From Gordius albopunctatus (lineage: Eukaryota), in assembly GCA_964276515.1 (NCBI GenBank), contig OZ193909.1, positions 7,068,001-7,132,000 of the forward strand: a stretch of 64,000 nt of DNA. The letters run 5' to 3'. Of the stretch, positions 12,135 to 26,173 are shown one piece after another (the first letter of the stretch is position 1; each line of letters opens with the position of its first letter). The notes beneath the pieces are model-generated. The model had not been told where the DNA came from and made no database searches. It worked only from the letters and a program-made list of their open reading frames with translations. The position numbers were made by a program, and so were the translations under genes.

Positions 12135-14605
12135 TGCCTCCCTTCGGTCACTTTCCATATCGGCTTGACTTCTTTGGTGGCTCCATATTCTTTTTCGTGA
12201 GCCCTAGTTATAATTTGTTGGTAAAATGTATCGGCTTCTTTATACATGCCTTGCTTCAGGTACGCTCCTTTTTGGATATGGGTATTGACTTCTGTTGTGC
12301 AACCTCCCTCTTAATGTAGCATCGAGCCAAGGTATGTAAACCTGTTAACTTTTGGGTACTTTAGATGGTAATCCAGCGATGGGCTGCCTGTAGCGTTCAT
12401 TTCCATGATCACCACTTTTCGATTATTGACCTTTTCACCATATCCAGCTATGCGCTTTGACCACTTTTTGGCTTCTTCAAATAGTTTCTCCTTTGTTTCT
12501 TCGCACAGTTCTATATCATCGGCATATAGCATAAACCATGGCGATGGCTTTTAATCTCTCTCAATGCCGTGTCTCTGTCTACAATTATATTAAATAAAAA
12601 GGGACTGAAAGCAGATCCTTGATGTAATCCAACTACAACCCGAAAAGGTTTAGAATCTCAAACTTTCGTCTCAGCGCAGGAATTTGAGGCTTCATAAATA
12701 TTTTTCATAAGCCGCACATATGCATCAAAAATATTTTGTTTTTTCAGGCACCACCAGATTAAATCGTGAGGGACGGTGTCATTAGATTTCTCCAAGTCGA
12801 TAAAAACCATGTGTAGGTCTTTCCTCTTTTTACCATACTTATCCATCATTTGTCTTAGTGCAAATCTTGGGTCGAATGTGGATTTTCCGACACAAATCCG
12901 AATTGGTTAGCCGATATTTACACCTTATTTTTCAGCCTTGTTACTATGATCATTTTCATATTCAAGAAGTGGCAAGTTAGCCTGATGTCTCTGTAATTGC
13001 CACAGTCCTTAGGGTTCATTGCCTTTAAACTAGGGCATAATCGTGCTTGCTCTCCATTGATTAGGAACTTGATTAGGTAGGTTCGTCATGGTGGTGACTC
13101 CTTCTTTATGGCATCCGAGCAATGCTTCCTTAGGTATTCCATGGGCCATTGGTATTTTCTTTTTGCATCTTGTTAATTCTTGTCCTAACTTCATCCTCCT
13201 GAAAGAGTTCTACCATAACTTAGTTTTGGCTCACGATCGCGAAAGGAATCATTGTCATTTGCAATAATCATAAGTTTCTTAAAATATTCTTTCCACCTTT
13301 TTATCACTTCCTTCGGCTTGTAAGGCTTGACCCTCTCGTTTTTAACTATTTTAAAAACTCCGACATCGCGACTTCTCCTCTCCCTTATCTTGGAAAATTT
13401 TGACATAAGCCTATCGCCTCCTTTATGGTTCAGTTTACAGGCCATCTCGGTGTAGGCGACATCCTTCACTATTGCAACAGCCTTTTTAAGGCTCTCTTTG
13501 CCTCCCTATACTATTGATAATTCTCAGAATTTTTTTATTAATGCCACCGTCTATATAAGGTTTTCTTTCTTTCGATGAAATTCCTAACTGATTGATTCCG
13601 CCCCCATAGTTCTTTATTCATAGCTTTGCCTCCTTTAATCTGTCCTAGAACACGAATCGCTGTTTTCTTTATGTCCTTAGTTAGCGTCTCCCAATCGTCG
13701 TCTACGTTCCTTTGCAACATCCGCACCCAAGAGTAAGGCGGCTTTTTGATGTTATTTTTAGTTCGTCGAAGTATCCTTTAGGGTATAGGATCGAATTCGA
13801 GGTTCATAAACATTTCTTCTTTCGGGAAATACTCTTCTGTCAAGATCTATTCTTCCAGTATTTTGGAATCCTTGATATTTCATAAGTCTCTTCGCCGTAT
13901 GAGCAGATAGTCAATTTTACTAAAATGCTTCCCACTTCTATAAGTAACAATATGATCTTCGCTTTTTTTTAAATCGGTGTTAACGCTCGCCAGGTCGTAT
14001 GCTTGGGATACTTGGAGATGCTTTTCCCCTTTTTGTTCTTCATACCATGCCCGTAGCCTCCAGGATCGCGTTCATAACCGAAGTGTTCTTTCCCTACGTG
14101 AGCATTCCAATCCGCCTCAATAATCAGCCTTTTTCAGGTCCTATTCCTCGTATTTCCTTGTATCGAAGAATATGCCTTTCTCCGATTCCATATACCCAAT
14201 TTAAGGAGCATACGCGCACATAACGGTTATGAGACCCCCTTGATCTCCAATCTTCACCCACATTAGCCTGTCTGAACAACGCCTAACTTCCACCACATTG
14301 TCCTTGAACGATTCGCTTAGAACGATACGGATACCGTTTCTAGGATTTGGTGACCCAATTTAGAATAGTTTGTTGGCTTCTCGTAACTCCCTAAATTTGG
14401 TTCCGTTCCACCTCGTCTCTTCTAGGTAGGCTATGTGTACCTTTATTTTTTTAACATTTTTGCGACCTCAATGCTCTTTCCCATCAGCGTTACCACATTC
14501 CAGCACGTTATTCGCATTATTTTCACAACTAATTTTCTTAATCGCATTCATTGTGAGTTGGGCACTAACCCTAGTGTAATTTTCACATTGCACGGCGGGC
14601 ATTGC
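12135..14605 (-). mobile_element. Decayed RTE-clade LINE (APE + RT), same family as 40530-43547
   Basis: MLYADDI, HMVFIDLEK..D.VP and GLHQGSAFSP motifs; colinear with the 40530-43547 copy, with many stops and frameshifts. Confidence 0.9.
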
Positions 14606-16019
14606 AGTTAAATAATTTTAATTAGCTATTTTATAAATTAATAAAACCTTCGCTTTTCGTGGGTCCGAATTTTGAAAAAACTTCATATATTGTCAGGTGT
14701 TCTTGATAAAATGGCGGCTCAATAACTCAGTTATTACATACTACACTTTATAAGGGTATTGTCTTATTTTGAGTAGGGGGTGAGGCAAAACTTCACGAGA
14801 CTGACTAAGGTAAAGCTTCGGGGGACTTTTATATTTGGGAAACGGACGGACAGACAACAAAAAACGAGCCCCTAAATTGCATAGCACTCGTGCATTTTGG
14901 AATTATAGTTTATGAAATAAGTAATGCTGTAAAAAGGACTGGGGGTTTTGTTTGGTCGACCATTGGTTTTGGTCGATTAAGCATAAACAGACAAGAGGTG
15001 GTTTGACCAAAAACTCTTTGGTCTGCCTGCTGCTTATGCGACTAAGGAAAATAGCCATGAGGGGCGTAGCTGGCTTTTGAATTAGAGTTGGGGGGGGGGG
15101 GATAATAATTTTGGGAGGAGGAGCAAAATGATCATTTTTTGACACTTTAGTAAATTAAAAAAAGGATTGGATTATATCTTAGATTAGACACGAAAAGTCT
15201 TTTATATTTCTACTAGTTTTTTACACAAATTTATATAGTATTTAGCAAATTTTTGGATTTAGAGGAAAGCAACCGCCCCTATCTGCCCCCCTTGGCTATA
15301 CCCATGTATGAAATATAGGAACTTTACATGAAATTGATCTAATATCCATAAAACGTATAGCCAAATAATTAATATCGAAACATAGCATCTATATAAGTAA
15401 ATGCCATTAATAATAATATTATTATTTGCTATGGGACATTTTTCTGATAGAATTTAATTAAAACATTTTAAATACACTTCCCCTCTCCCTCCCCCATAAA
15501 TTCGATTTCAAAACTATCTAATCGCATAATATTTATTGATTAGAATTATTGATTTTTATCGATAATATTAGTTATACCCATCTCGTTTCCTAGCAATCAA
15601 GATACAATACCGAGGGGTAGTGGGGTGGGGAGTGCTTAAATTATAAAAGTTTAAGATCGCTTAAAATACTATTTCTAAGTGCCTGCAGATTTAAAGAAAG
15701 ATTGCAAGTTGTATATCTTTTTTAACTAGCAAAAGTTGCTAGAATTTACGAATATATATATAATGCTTTACATTAATTTTGCAGAAATTTTCGGCCTGCC
15801 GTACTTTTAATAAATTTCAACAAATTTTTGGATTTAAAGGGGGGATGAATTTAGAAGCATATTTAAAGTACAAAATATATTTTCATGGAATTTAAATGGA
15901 TTTCTTATTGACACATGACAAGGAAATGAAATTTTTTTACCATTTGTAACTAAGTTTCCTGCTCATAAATTTCTTTTATGACTTATTAGATGCCGCCCTA
16001 ATCAACGAAATAAATACAA

Positions 16020-16808
16020 TTTGGCCAATGGTCATTTTTTTCATTGAACAGTAGCCAGGACACGGTCAAAAAGGATATAAATACATAAGAGACGGAAAAA
16101 AATTTCAAATCACAATTTGGCCAATGGTCATTTTTTTCCATTGGTCAGTACCAAGAGATGGTCTATAAATACATACGAGTCAAAAAAAAAGAAAAAAATT
16201 TCGATTCACACTTTGGCAAATGGTCATTTTTTTCCATTGATCAGCAGCCAGCAGACGGCCGAAAAGTTATATTATCAATGGTATTAACAAAAGCAATATA
16301 TTAATTTAATTTTTAAAAAAATAAAAATTTTACCCTCTCCGGGATTCGAACCAGCAATTAAAAATCTACCCTCGCCGGGATTCGAACCCACATTAATAGA
16401 GGCATAAGCTTTTGTATGGGCACAGAGACCCATATCAGTAGATGCATAGGCCCTTGTAGGGGAGGGCATAGGGTAATTATCAATGTTAACCAATTCAAAA
16501 ACAAAACAAAAAAATTCGATTTATTTGGCCAATGGTCATTTTTTTCATTGGTCAGTAGCCAAGACACGGTCAAATATTCATATTAATTGCTATGCAATTT
16601 ATGGGCTCGCTTTTTGGTGTCCGTCCGTCCGTTTTATCCATGGTATTAACAAGAACATAATATTAATTTAATTTTTTAAAAAAATAAAAATTTTTGTCCT
16701 CTCCGGGGATTGAACTCGAACCTACAAGTCAGAAAGCCGGGTAAATACATTGGAGGGTAACGGACGGACGAACACCAAAAATCGAGCCCATAAATTGCAT
16801 AGCAATTA
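16020..16808 (-). mobile_element. Partial Helentron-associated (HINE/DINE-like) element with an inverted duplicate of its 5' end at about 16582-16635
   Basis: Same subTIR (ttgctatgcaatttatgggc), (GTCC)n microsatellite and internal repeat units as 45456-48271. Another 5'-end fragment lies at about 14843-14888. Confidence 0.75.
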
Positions 16809-17349
16809 AAACTTACTTTGCAGATCTCTGCTTCTATCGTACTTTTAAAGTAACATTTATAATTAAGATTGTTAGAATGCGTTTATTGTATTGAATGACA
16901 GAAGCTAGGTATATAAGGTGCGCACAAAATTGCCGATTGGAGACAATTTAAGTATATAACAACAATCAACAGTAGCTCTCCCGACTTGCTAATAAATGTA
17001 CTGGAGCGATATTGGTAACTCATGTAAAAACTGGAGTATTTATATAAAAATATGGCGCTTTCTTTAAAAAATGTGTAAGTTGCAATAAGAATTATAAAAT
17101 CACGTAATTATTGCAATCACATATTGATAATTACGTTGACTAGTTTAAGTGGAACGTTAATGACAAATTAATAAAACATAAACTGTAAAATGCCCCAAGG
17201 GCCGTGTGTCACAAAACATAATTCAACAATTTTCTAGCTACTCTATATCAAACGATATATATACCAAAATTTAAGGGAAAAACTTTAAGAAGAATTATAT
17301 AATCGGTGTGGACAATTGTATAGAATAAAAGAGATCTTCTGATAATTAT

Positions 17350-20300
17350 TTAAGTTAGTGCTACTTCTTGCATAGTGTTAGCGGTGTAATTAACACTCAT
17401 AGTCGTCGTTTTTGGGACTTCACTTGATAGGAGATTTGTGCTTGAAATGTTGATTTTCCTAACGGTATCATTCGAGCGCAAAAGTGAAACCTTAAGGATT
17501 GTGTTTTTCGATATTGTGCCATCTGTAAACAATATATTAAATGTAACAAACTGATTTAATGTAATCTTCGAATTTAGATTGAAGATTAAGCGAGTAACCT
17601 ACTCACCAATATATTTTACATCTAGTCAGGTGTAAAAATTTCAAATGGCAAAAAAAACTTGTTTTATACTTTTAAATTACAAATCAGAAATGTGTTTTCT
17701 AGTCCATTTTATTATTAAGCTCAGGTCACCTACGAAATGCAACGCATAGCTTGACAAAACTCTAATGTTTATTGAGGCCTCACCGATTTTGTTAGTCCTA
17801 ACAATGTATTATTATTATTACAATAATTTTATAGTAGTTGCATATATGGTTGTAGCCAGGGGTGGCAGAGAGGGGCGGCTGTCCCCCTATAATCCAAAAA
17901 TTCCTAAAAATTTAATATAATCATGACTAAAATTAGAAAAATTATCATTTTGCCCTTTCCAAAACAATTATTTTCCCACTCTACCAATCCAATCCTAGTT
18001 ACGCCTGTGGTTGCACTTTACAACATAGAAATAGATTGTTTTTTACACCAACAAGATGCCTCATACTACTTATATAGCTCATATTAGCCCAAACAACAAT
18101 CAATTATTTACCTTTCCCACCAATTTTAGATCTGTCTGCCGCAAAAATCAAATCAGACGTCAAATCGATAATAAAACGGTCTATTTTAGCAGACCTGAAT
18201 GTAGAACCTATTAGACCACCTGTTTTATAGTTGAGGCCGTTCTAAAGTCAAAAGTCGGTCTTTTAGAACATCGGGCCATCCATTTAAAATTTGGAAAAAA
18301 TATTTTTACCAGGTAAAAAAGAATTTAAATGAAAAAGGGAGTTGAGCGACCACTAGAAAAGAGTTAAAAAGAAAAATATGTGCTTAAAATACTTTTGGCA
18401 CTAAAATAATTACTAAAAGGCACTGGAGCTATATTTGGTGATCAAAATGACCCAAAACCTTGAGAATTTAATAATATTGAGAGGTTCTATATTCTAGCCA
18501 TATTTCACAATGAAGGGGTCAGCCGAAACCGGGGCGATTTCACATGGAATATCCCCTTTAAATATTCAGAGACGACACGTAAAATTAGTTAGAAAATTAA
18601 TTTTGTACATTATAGGTTATGTAGATCTTCGTTAGTTAACTACTTGAAATACAACTCAAAAATCTTACGCGAATTGCAATGCAAAAAGTGTATACTTTCT
18701 TTTAAGAATCACATAGTTTACCGTCTAATGAATTAAGTGTAAAAATCAACATTAGTTTCAAAAGTTAAAATTTATAATTAAGATTATGGATAAACTGATG
18801 ATTTAAAAATCGCCTCAAATTTATTATATTGACTCTATTTGAATTTAAAATACTTTTCAACTCGGTACTGGCATTTTCCTTCCCCTGCATGAGCGGTTTT
18901 AGAACTTTGTTGTCATCGAAAAAACTAGCACCAGCAATCAGGGACCCACCCAAAGTGTCTACCTGTCTCTTCTTACGTACAATGACTGCTCTTTTAGATT
19001 CAGGACTGTAGTGTACTTTTTGGTAATAAGTTTGTTTACTCAACTCATCTGCATTTATATCATAATCTAAAGGGTTTTTGAGGTCTTCAGGATACTTAAA
19101 TTTCTTGCTCCTTTTTACGAAATTCAGTTTGTCCTGGGAGAGTATGAATTGTTGATTGTAATGCGAATCCTGTTTAAGTTATGCACAAAGCAATACACTA
19201 GTGTAAAAACATGATACTTTTCTATTCAAATAATACGCTAATTATGGTTTTTGGCAAAACATGTATTTTTAATTTAGACACTCCTGAAAGGGGTTGTTAT
19301 TATCTTCTAAATTATATCATTAACCTGCAATTTATTTACTAATTTCTAATATAATGTATTTTTAACTTAATCCGGTATGGTAATGATAACTTGAGGTTGG
19401 CTCAAGCTTTATTTAAAAGTACAATTTAGATCGAGATATGCTTATTATAATTATGTATAAGGCAAACAATACATTAAATTAAACTACTTTACAAATTAAA
19501 TACCATAACTTATGACTGAGAAACTAAAAAATTCACAATGAAGTTTTTAGGCTTTATATTACAGGCTAACGTCTCAACCGAGTCAGAAATACCTTGTAGT
19601 GGTGGTTGAGCTTGTGTACTCTCGTGATCCAAAAAGCTATACCTTTGGTAGCCAAACACAATTTTTATGTTTGTTACTGGTGGGGTCACCCTATTGGCAA
19701 GGTTCTTGGTGAAGGGTAAGACTAAAATTTCTGGGCTTCTTGAGGGAGTACTTAGTGAAAATGGAAGTGCTAGATTAAGGCTATCAATACGAGTGGTCGA
19801 AAGAAAAGTTTAATTCACCAAAATGACTGCATCATAAAGAATAGTAGGTAGTCAAGCGCCAAAATCTAACATAGTTCCGTCAGGCTTGGAAGGCCGGGAT
19901 ATCAATACTCCCTCATTCCATATAAACCAAAATGTATACTATAACAAAGACGCAGAATGGAAACCATAGGGCGTCCCCCTTAAGCAACGCGTGCATTCTT
20001 AGCCTGGAATGTGTGGGAAATAAACGAAGGCTACCGCTCTCTCAACAAATGGAAGCTGTTAAAGACATTAGTTTGCGTAGGATAAAGTTTGGGTCATGGA
20101 ATATTGGTACAATGACTAGCAAGGGCAGAGAATTGGCTGACGTTCTAAGGAGGAGAAAAATCGATATCGCTTGTATACAAGAGACCAAATGGAAGGGCCA
20201 GCAAAATACATAAGGGACGGATACAAATTATATTTTTACGGTACAGAAACTCGTCAGTATAGTGCTATCGGAAGAATTTCAGCAAAATGTCGTCGACGTT

Positions 20301-23300
20301 AAAAGAATCAATGACAGAATTATGGCGATACAGCTTTGTTATAAATCTACTACGATAAACGGTATATCAACATACACCCCTCAAAGTGGATGCGCTGAGA
20401 CGGAAAAAGAGTGTTTTTGGAAGGAGCTTGAAGATTTTCTATCCTAATTCGTTAAAGAGGGACTAATAATTATCGGGGCGGACCACAATAGACACGTGGG
20501 CAAATCAAGGGGAGGATTTGAATGAAATCACGGTGGTCGGGGTTACGGCCTAAGAAATGAAGGAGGTACGGAAATTCTAGAAATTGTTCAAGCTTTTGAC
20601 CTAGCAATAGGAAATACCTTCTTCAAAAAGAGACAGGAACATCTTATAACGTACAAAAGCGAGAGCCGTACCACTCAGATAGATTTCTTTCTAGTCAACA
20701 GAGCGCACTTAAAGTATGTTCAAAATATTAAGGTAATACCGAGTAAAATATTGACCTGCCAACACAAGCTGTTGGTGATGGACTTTATATTAAAGGGACT
20801 TAAAGGGCAAAAGGTACAAAGAGTAGCCGCTACTATACAATGGGGGAAACTAAAGGATAATATTCAACATTTTCAGGAACAACTAATTAAACATGCTGAA
20901 TTTAAGGAAAATACCTCATGTGAGGATCAATGTAATGGTATAGATGCCATAATGCGAAAAGCCGGACGACATATACTAGGTGAAAGCAAGCCCACTAAAA
21001 GAATTCTCATGGATACGTGGTGTTGGAATGAGGAAGTGCAAAAATGTATTAAGGAAAAGAAGAGATTGTACAAAATTTGGTATAAAAACAAGGATAGTAA
21101 TGATAAGCAAGCTTAAGCGAAAGCTAAAAACAAGGTGTACGACGATATAAATGTAAAACTCAGCTCAAAGGAAGGAGAAAGATTGATCTACAAAATCGCA
21201 AAGTCAAGGGCACGAAATTCTAAAGAATACCTAGAATGCCGGCTAATCAAGGGTCAAAAGAGAGAAATTTAAACACACGACAGCCATATACTACAAAGAT
21301 GGTACGACTATTATAGCGATTTATCAGGAAAATACAATAGGAGAATTAAACACAGCGGACTGGATCACAGAAACGGAATTCAAAGTTGCTATGGGTAAAC
21401 TAAAGTCAGGAAAAGCTCTTGGACCCGACAATATACCAATTAAGGGCTTCAAAGCGTTAGGCAATACTGGTGCACAATTTCTCGCCAACCTTTTCAACAA
21501 TATCTTGAAAACGGGTAAGATGCACAACGAGTGGAGGGATAGCTACATGATCCCGATATACAAGATGAAAGGGGACATTCAGGATATCAACAATTACAGA
21601 GGGATAACGGTTGAAAGTTATCAAAAAACGGCTTCGGAGCTTGGTTCAAATTCTAGATAACCAATTCGGATTCATGCCGGAGAGGTCTACAGCACACGCC
21701 CTAAACAGTGTTAGAAGATTAATGGAACGGTTTAAAGAAAGGGAAGAGTATTTGCACATGTGTTTCATCGGTCTACAAAAAGCGTTCGATAAAGTTCCTC
21801 TTAATTTAGTTTGGAAATGTCTTGAAGAAAACAATGTGCCAGAAGTATACGTCAGAGCAATAAAAGATATGTACAAGGGAAATAGAACGTACGTTAGAAC
21901 ATCGGTGGGGACTACAAAGGGCTTTGCCATTAACACTGGAGTCCATCAAGGTTCAGCTCTTAGTCCCTTCCTATTCATAATGATAATGGATAATATTACC
22001 AAGGATTTGGGCGAGGAAGCTCCTTGGGCAATGATCTTTGCAGAAGATATAATTCTCTGTGCCAAAAGTGAACAAGAATTGGCTAATACTGTAAATAGAT
22101 GGGTAAATGCAATAGAAGAAACTGGTCTCAAGGTAAATCGAAAGAAAACAGAATACATGAAGACAAAGTTTAAATCGGATGAAAACCAGCAAAGTTCATC
22201 CCTTACTTTAGGCCATTGGCAACTTACAAGCGTGGATTCCTTCAAATATTTAGGATCAACACTTCAATCGGATGGTGGAATGTATAAAGAAATCCAAGCA
22301 AAGATAAATTCCGGTTGGCTCAAGTGGAGGGACTTGACAGGTGTTCTGTGTCACAAAAACATCCCGAGAAGACTAAAAGGCGCACCGTATAAATCCATCA
22401 TACAGCCAACAGTCCTGTATAGCTCGGAATCATGGGCTATACGTAAAAGAGAAGAGCAACGTCTTGCGGCCATGGAGATGAGAATGCTAAGATGGGTGCT
22501 AGGAGTAAGAAAAAAGGACCATAAACGAAATAAAAAAATAAGAAGAATTTTGGGTACTACATCAATTGCGACAAAGCTCCTAACAAATAGACTAAGATGG
22601 TATGGCCATGTCGAAAGAAGGGACGATAGCTACGTAGGAAAGAAAATCGAGATGATAAATTTCGCAGGGAAACGAAGGAGAGGAATACCCAAGCTTACCT
22701 GGATTCATGAAATACGGCATGATATGAAAGTCCACAAGATAAAGAAAGATCTATGTAAACATAGAAACAAATGGAAACGAATGCTGAAAGGACTGACCAC
22801 CAGCCTAGGTGACAAGCAGTCATAAAAAGAAGATTACAGGCTAAAGTCTGACAAACAAAATCGATGATCTTTGCGTGCTGACATTTTTTTATTATTACAT
22901 ATTTTATGAACATTTTATTTTTGTAATTAATTGCTATGCAATTTTTGTTTTATTCTTATTTTTTATTTTTTTAAAGACTTAAGTTTTTACAAATAAAAGT
23001 GAGCAGAATATTTTATAAGCAATTGATATTTGTATAAAAATTTATAGTCAAATATATGGTTTGAAAGGGTTAATTATCACAAAACCCTAAGTTGTATATA
23101 AGCAAAATTTTAAAACGTAATTTTTAATACTTTAAAATAATGTTCCTTAAAATAAAACCTAGCTAAAGAAAGTTATATATAGCCGTTGCGATAAGTTGTT
23201 TTTGTTTATAATATTTCCCTTCTTATACCAAATGATTATTAAAAAAGGTTTTATTTTTACAACAGGCAAATAAATTTCATGTGACGACTTTTTGTTTTAA

Positions 23301-23824
23301 TAAGGTATGTAAATAATTACCTGCAAATCAGGATGATGTTTTTCCAGAATCAGGGCTTTATATATAGTTGGATGAATTAATTCATTCACGCCATCATAAC
23401 TGCCTATACCTATCAAATTTAATAAGTCTTTAATCTTAATATTGCAAGGTAGACTAATTTAAAATTTTAAAAATTGGTGTCAAAGTAAATTACAGAATAT
23501 TCTCGATTCGCTAAAAAAACTCATCCATACCCCCTTTTATTAGAAAAGTTAGAGTTCTAGATATGAATAACCTATAACCATCCCATTTATTTTGACAAAA
23601 TTATAATATCGGCTTTATTACAGTTTGAGCATTTTATGGCACCTTATAGTTCAATAAATATTTAAAAATTTACCTTGGTATGGGAATGATTTCTTGAGTT
23701 CTTGTAATCTTTCAGCCCTCAAATGATTTAAATATTTATCGGACTGCAGGTATTGATCGTCCCACCTTTTTCTACATTCAACGGTAGAAGCCAATAGAAC
23801 GAATGCGTAGATTGATAACGTCAT
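17350..23824 (-). CDS. Spliced gene for an unrecognised secreted protein (~249 aa); exons 23824-23674, 23409-23321, 19169-18963, 18241-18112, 17522-17350
   Basis: All four introns are GT-AG with matching phases (1,0,0,1), giving a 750-nt uninterrupted ORF. Signal-peptide-like N-terminus MTLSIYAFVLLASTVEC, plus RKR, KR and RKKR sites. The exon 3 donor is the least certain. Confidence 0.7.
19279..19353 (+). mobile_element. 5'-truncated copy of the hammerhead-bearing retroposon
   Basis: Matches about 26630-26703 and ends at the same position (...ttctaatata). Flanked by direct repeat atgtatttttaa at 19261 and 19354. Confidence 0.75.
19575..22832 (+). mobile_element. Near full-length RTE-clade LINE in intron 2 of the secreted-protein gene (antisense to it)
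   Basis: APE (GSWNIGT, ACIQETKW, QIDF) and RT (GVHQGSALSP, FAED, YLGS, RLRWYGHV) motifs, aaga tail, and a 17-bp TSD attacaggctaa(c/a)gtct at 19558-19574 and 22833-22849. Confidence 0.93.
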
Positions 23825-25064
23825 CACTGAAATGTTCAAAGATATAATATACCGTTATGCCTAGCATACAAAGTAATTGCAAATATGACAAGTTTGGATT
23901 TAACAAAATCTAGGGTCCGCACCACCCAATTTTCGTTAAAGCCAAATTGAATAATAAATAGGCAGGCTAAAGTTTGTTAAGGGGTCACCTTAGTTTTTCC
24001 AAAAGATTGGAATTATTAGAATGGTATCATTGCTATATGCTAGTGCCTAAATTGTTTAATTAAAAGCGTGGCGAATCGTGCCTATGGTTACAGTTTTACT
24101 TAAACAAGGTAAAAAATGGACGCGTAGATTGATTGTAAAACGAAGAACCAATTTTATAGACAAGCTTATCGATTTTAAGCACATGATTTTAAGATGCGAT
24201 AAAATATTAGGGATTTATCTATATAATCCACTTACTGTTTAAACAATCACCCGAATTTTCAAAAATATAATTTTAGATTAAACTTTTTTTATCCATTTAT
24301 ATATAATCCTTTACCGAGTAATGAATGTTTCACCCTAAACCAAAAACGCTGCCGAAATTCTCAGGCGCATACTTAATCCGTTTTCTCTTTTAGAATTATA
24401 TGAGATGTGCGTCATCATACAGCCACATACACGCTTAATGTAATGTTTAAAGATGTATGACACATTCTAAATAATTGGATCCACATTAAATTAGATACGT
24501 TGCCAGGATTAAATTAGGGGACGGAGATCAAAATTTTAGTATGTTGGAGGAGAAGCAAAATCATATGTTTGACCACATTTAAATTAAATGTTGTTTTTCG
24601 CGCCCTTAGCCCACACTTCCTGGCACGTCTACGAACAAATTCATACAAAATTAATCTTCAACGAGCTATAAGAATAAGGGGGGCAGTTCTGACCGTTGGA
24701 TCGAGATAATTTTCGGTCCGTTTGTTGAGAACATTTGCTCTGAAATTTAAAAGATTTCGTTTTCTATATTTAGCTCTTTAACAATTTTTTCAAACTCCTC
24801 CCCTCTCCTCTAGCCTCTTGATAAATCACTTATTTTTAATAAAAGAGATGGCAAACATATTTTCCCCTAAAAACAGGCCAAAATGTTTATAAGTTAGGTC
24901 GTTAATCTTTTTCAACTTCCGCCATATGGTTTGTATCTACTGCAAATGCAAAAAAGGCAGGAATAAACTTATATTCCAACTAATTCCTAATCCCATTAAA
25001 TACACATCAGTTTGTTAAAATAATCTAATTATAGCAAAAGTTGTTTTAGTTATAGGCTGGTGAT

Positions 25065-25177
25065 CATGGGCGTAGCCAGGGGGGGCGACGAAAATTTTTT
25101 AGGTTTTGACCCCCTGATTGAACTTTTAAACGTTTCGCCCCCCCCCCCTCCTAATCCAAAACCTGGCTACACCCATG
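25065..25177. mobile_element. hAT-type MITE, CATGGGCGTAGCCAGG family (other copies near 15056-15306, 17845-18009, 30347, 33760-33914, 37335-37505, 51607-51764)
   Basis: TIRs catgggcgtagccagg and cctggctacacccatg, with 8-bp TSD ctggtgat. Confidence 0.9.
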
Positions 25178-26173
25178 CTGGTGATCAGAGGTCAGATTTG
25201 TTTGGAATTTTATGCCCGAACCCGGCCCGGTTAAATTTTGTGACCTCATTGCCCACCCGAACCCTTCTAGGTGTCCGCCCTGGGCCGCCCGAAACATTAG
25301 AGCTGCCCGAAATTCCCGGCCCTAAATATTAAATTTGCCTGTTAGGCCCGAAATTTTGCGATTTCTAATTCTTTCAACCACTATTAAAGCATTAAATTAA
25401 TGGCATATTGAATAAAACAAATATGGGAATATTTTATTATCCCCGACAAAATCTAATTTCCTATATCATTTAAAAATCGAATGATATTTCCAAATAAAAC
25501 TTTTGATCTTTAATTTTAATCCTAATGGGTCAAAAAAACGTAGTATTTGGTCTTTCTAAAAAATTTGGCCAGAGTTTCTTTAAAATATTGTTATCACTGG
25601 CAAAACTGCTCTAGGTCCCAATATTCTAATATATTAATTGCTAAGTCATTTAGGTACAAACATGTTAGAACGTTTACAAATCATATAACAGCAAAATATT
25701 AATTAATTACAGCCGATGTCCTTGAAAATATTTATAGCATTTTTTAAATTAAGTTTAAAGTATATATATTTTATAAATACTCTTAGAAAAACAAAATTAT
25801 ACTCCCCCTTTGGGTTAAATCGTTTAAGCCCCCCCCCCTACCATATGAATAAACTTCTTAATGAATAAAATTAGTTTAATTAGTCAATCTGGCTCTTAGA
25901 ACTTACTTTTTTGATAAAAACAATAATTTATCAATAGAGTTTAAATGCTAAAACTTGCATGCATTGTGTCAATTTGGGCATGACGTTTTGTACATGTGAA
26001 TTACGAACAATAAAAGGGCTACACAAATATAAATATTTCAATCATTTCCATGGACGTAGCTGTTAATAGGAACTTGATGGCGTTACAGTGGTTCGGGCAA
26101 AAATTATAGAAATAACTTAACTCTTTTAGCATTTTTATATACAATCAAATAAAAAAGTAACAAAATAATACAT

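Noticed and set aside
18765..19043. Viral envelope or fusion-protein remnant (RKKR followed by a Gly-rich hydrophobic stretch)
   Set aside because: The frame is better explained as exon 3 of the spliced secreted-protein gene, with no LTR context or envelope cysteines.
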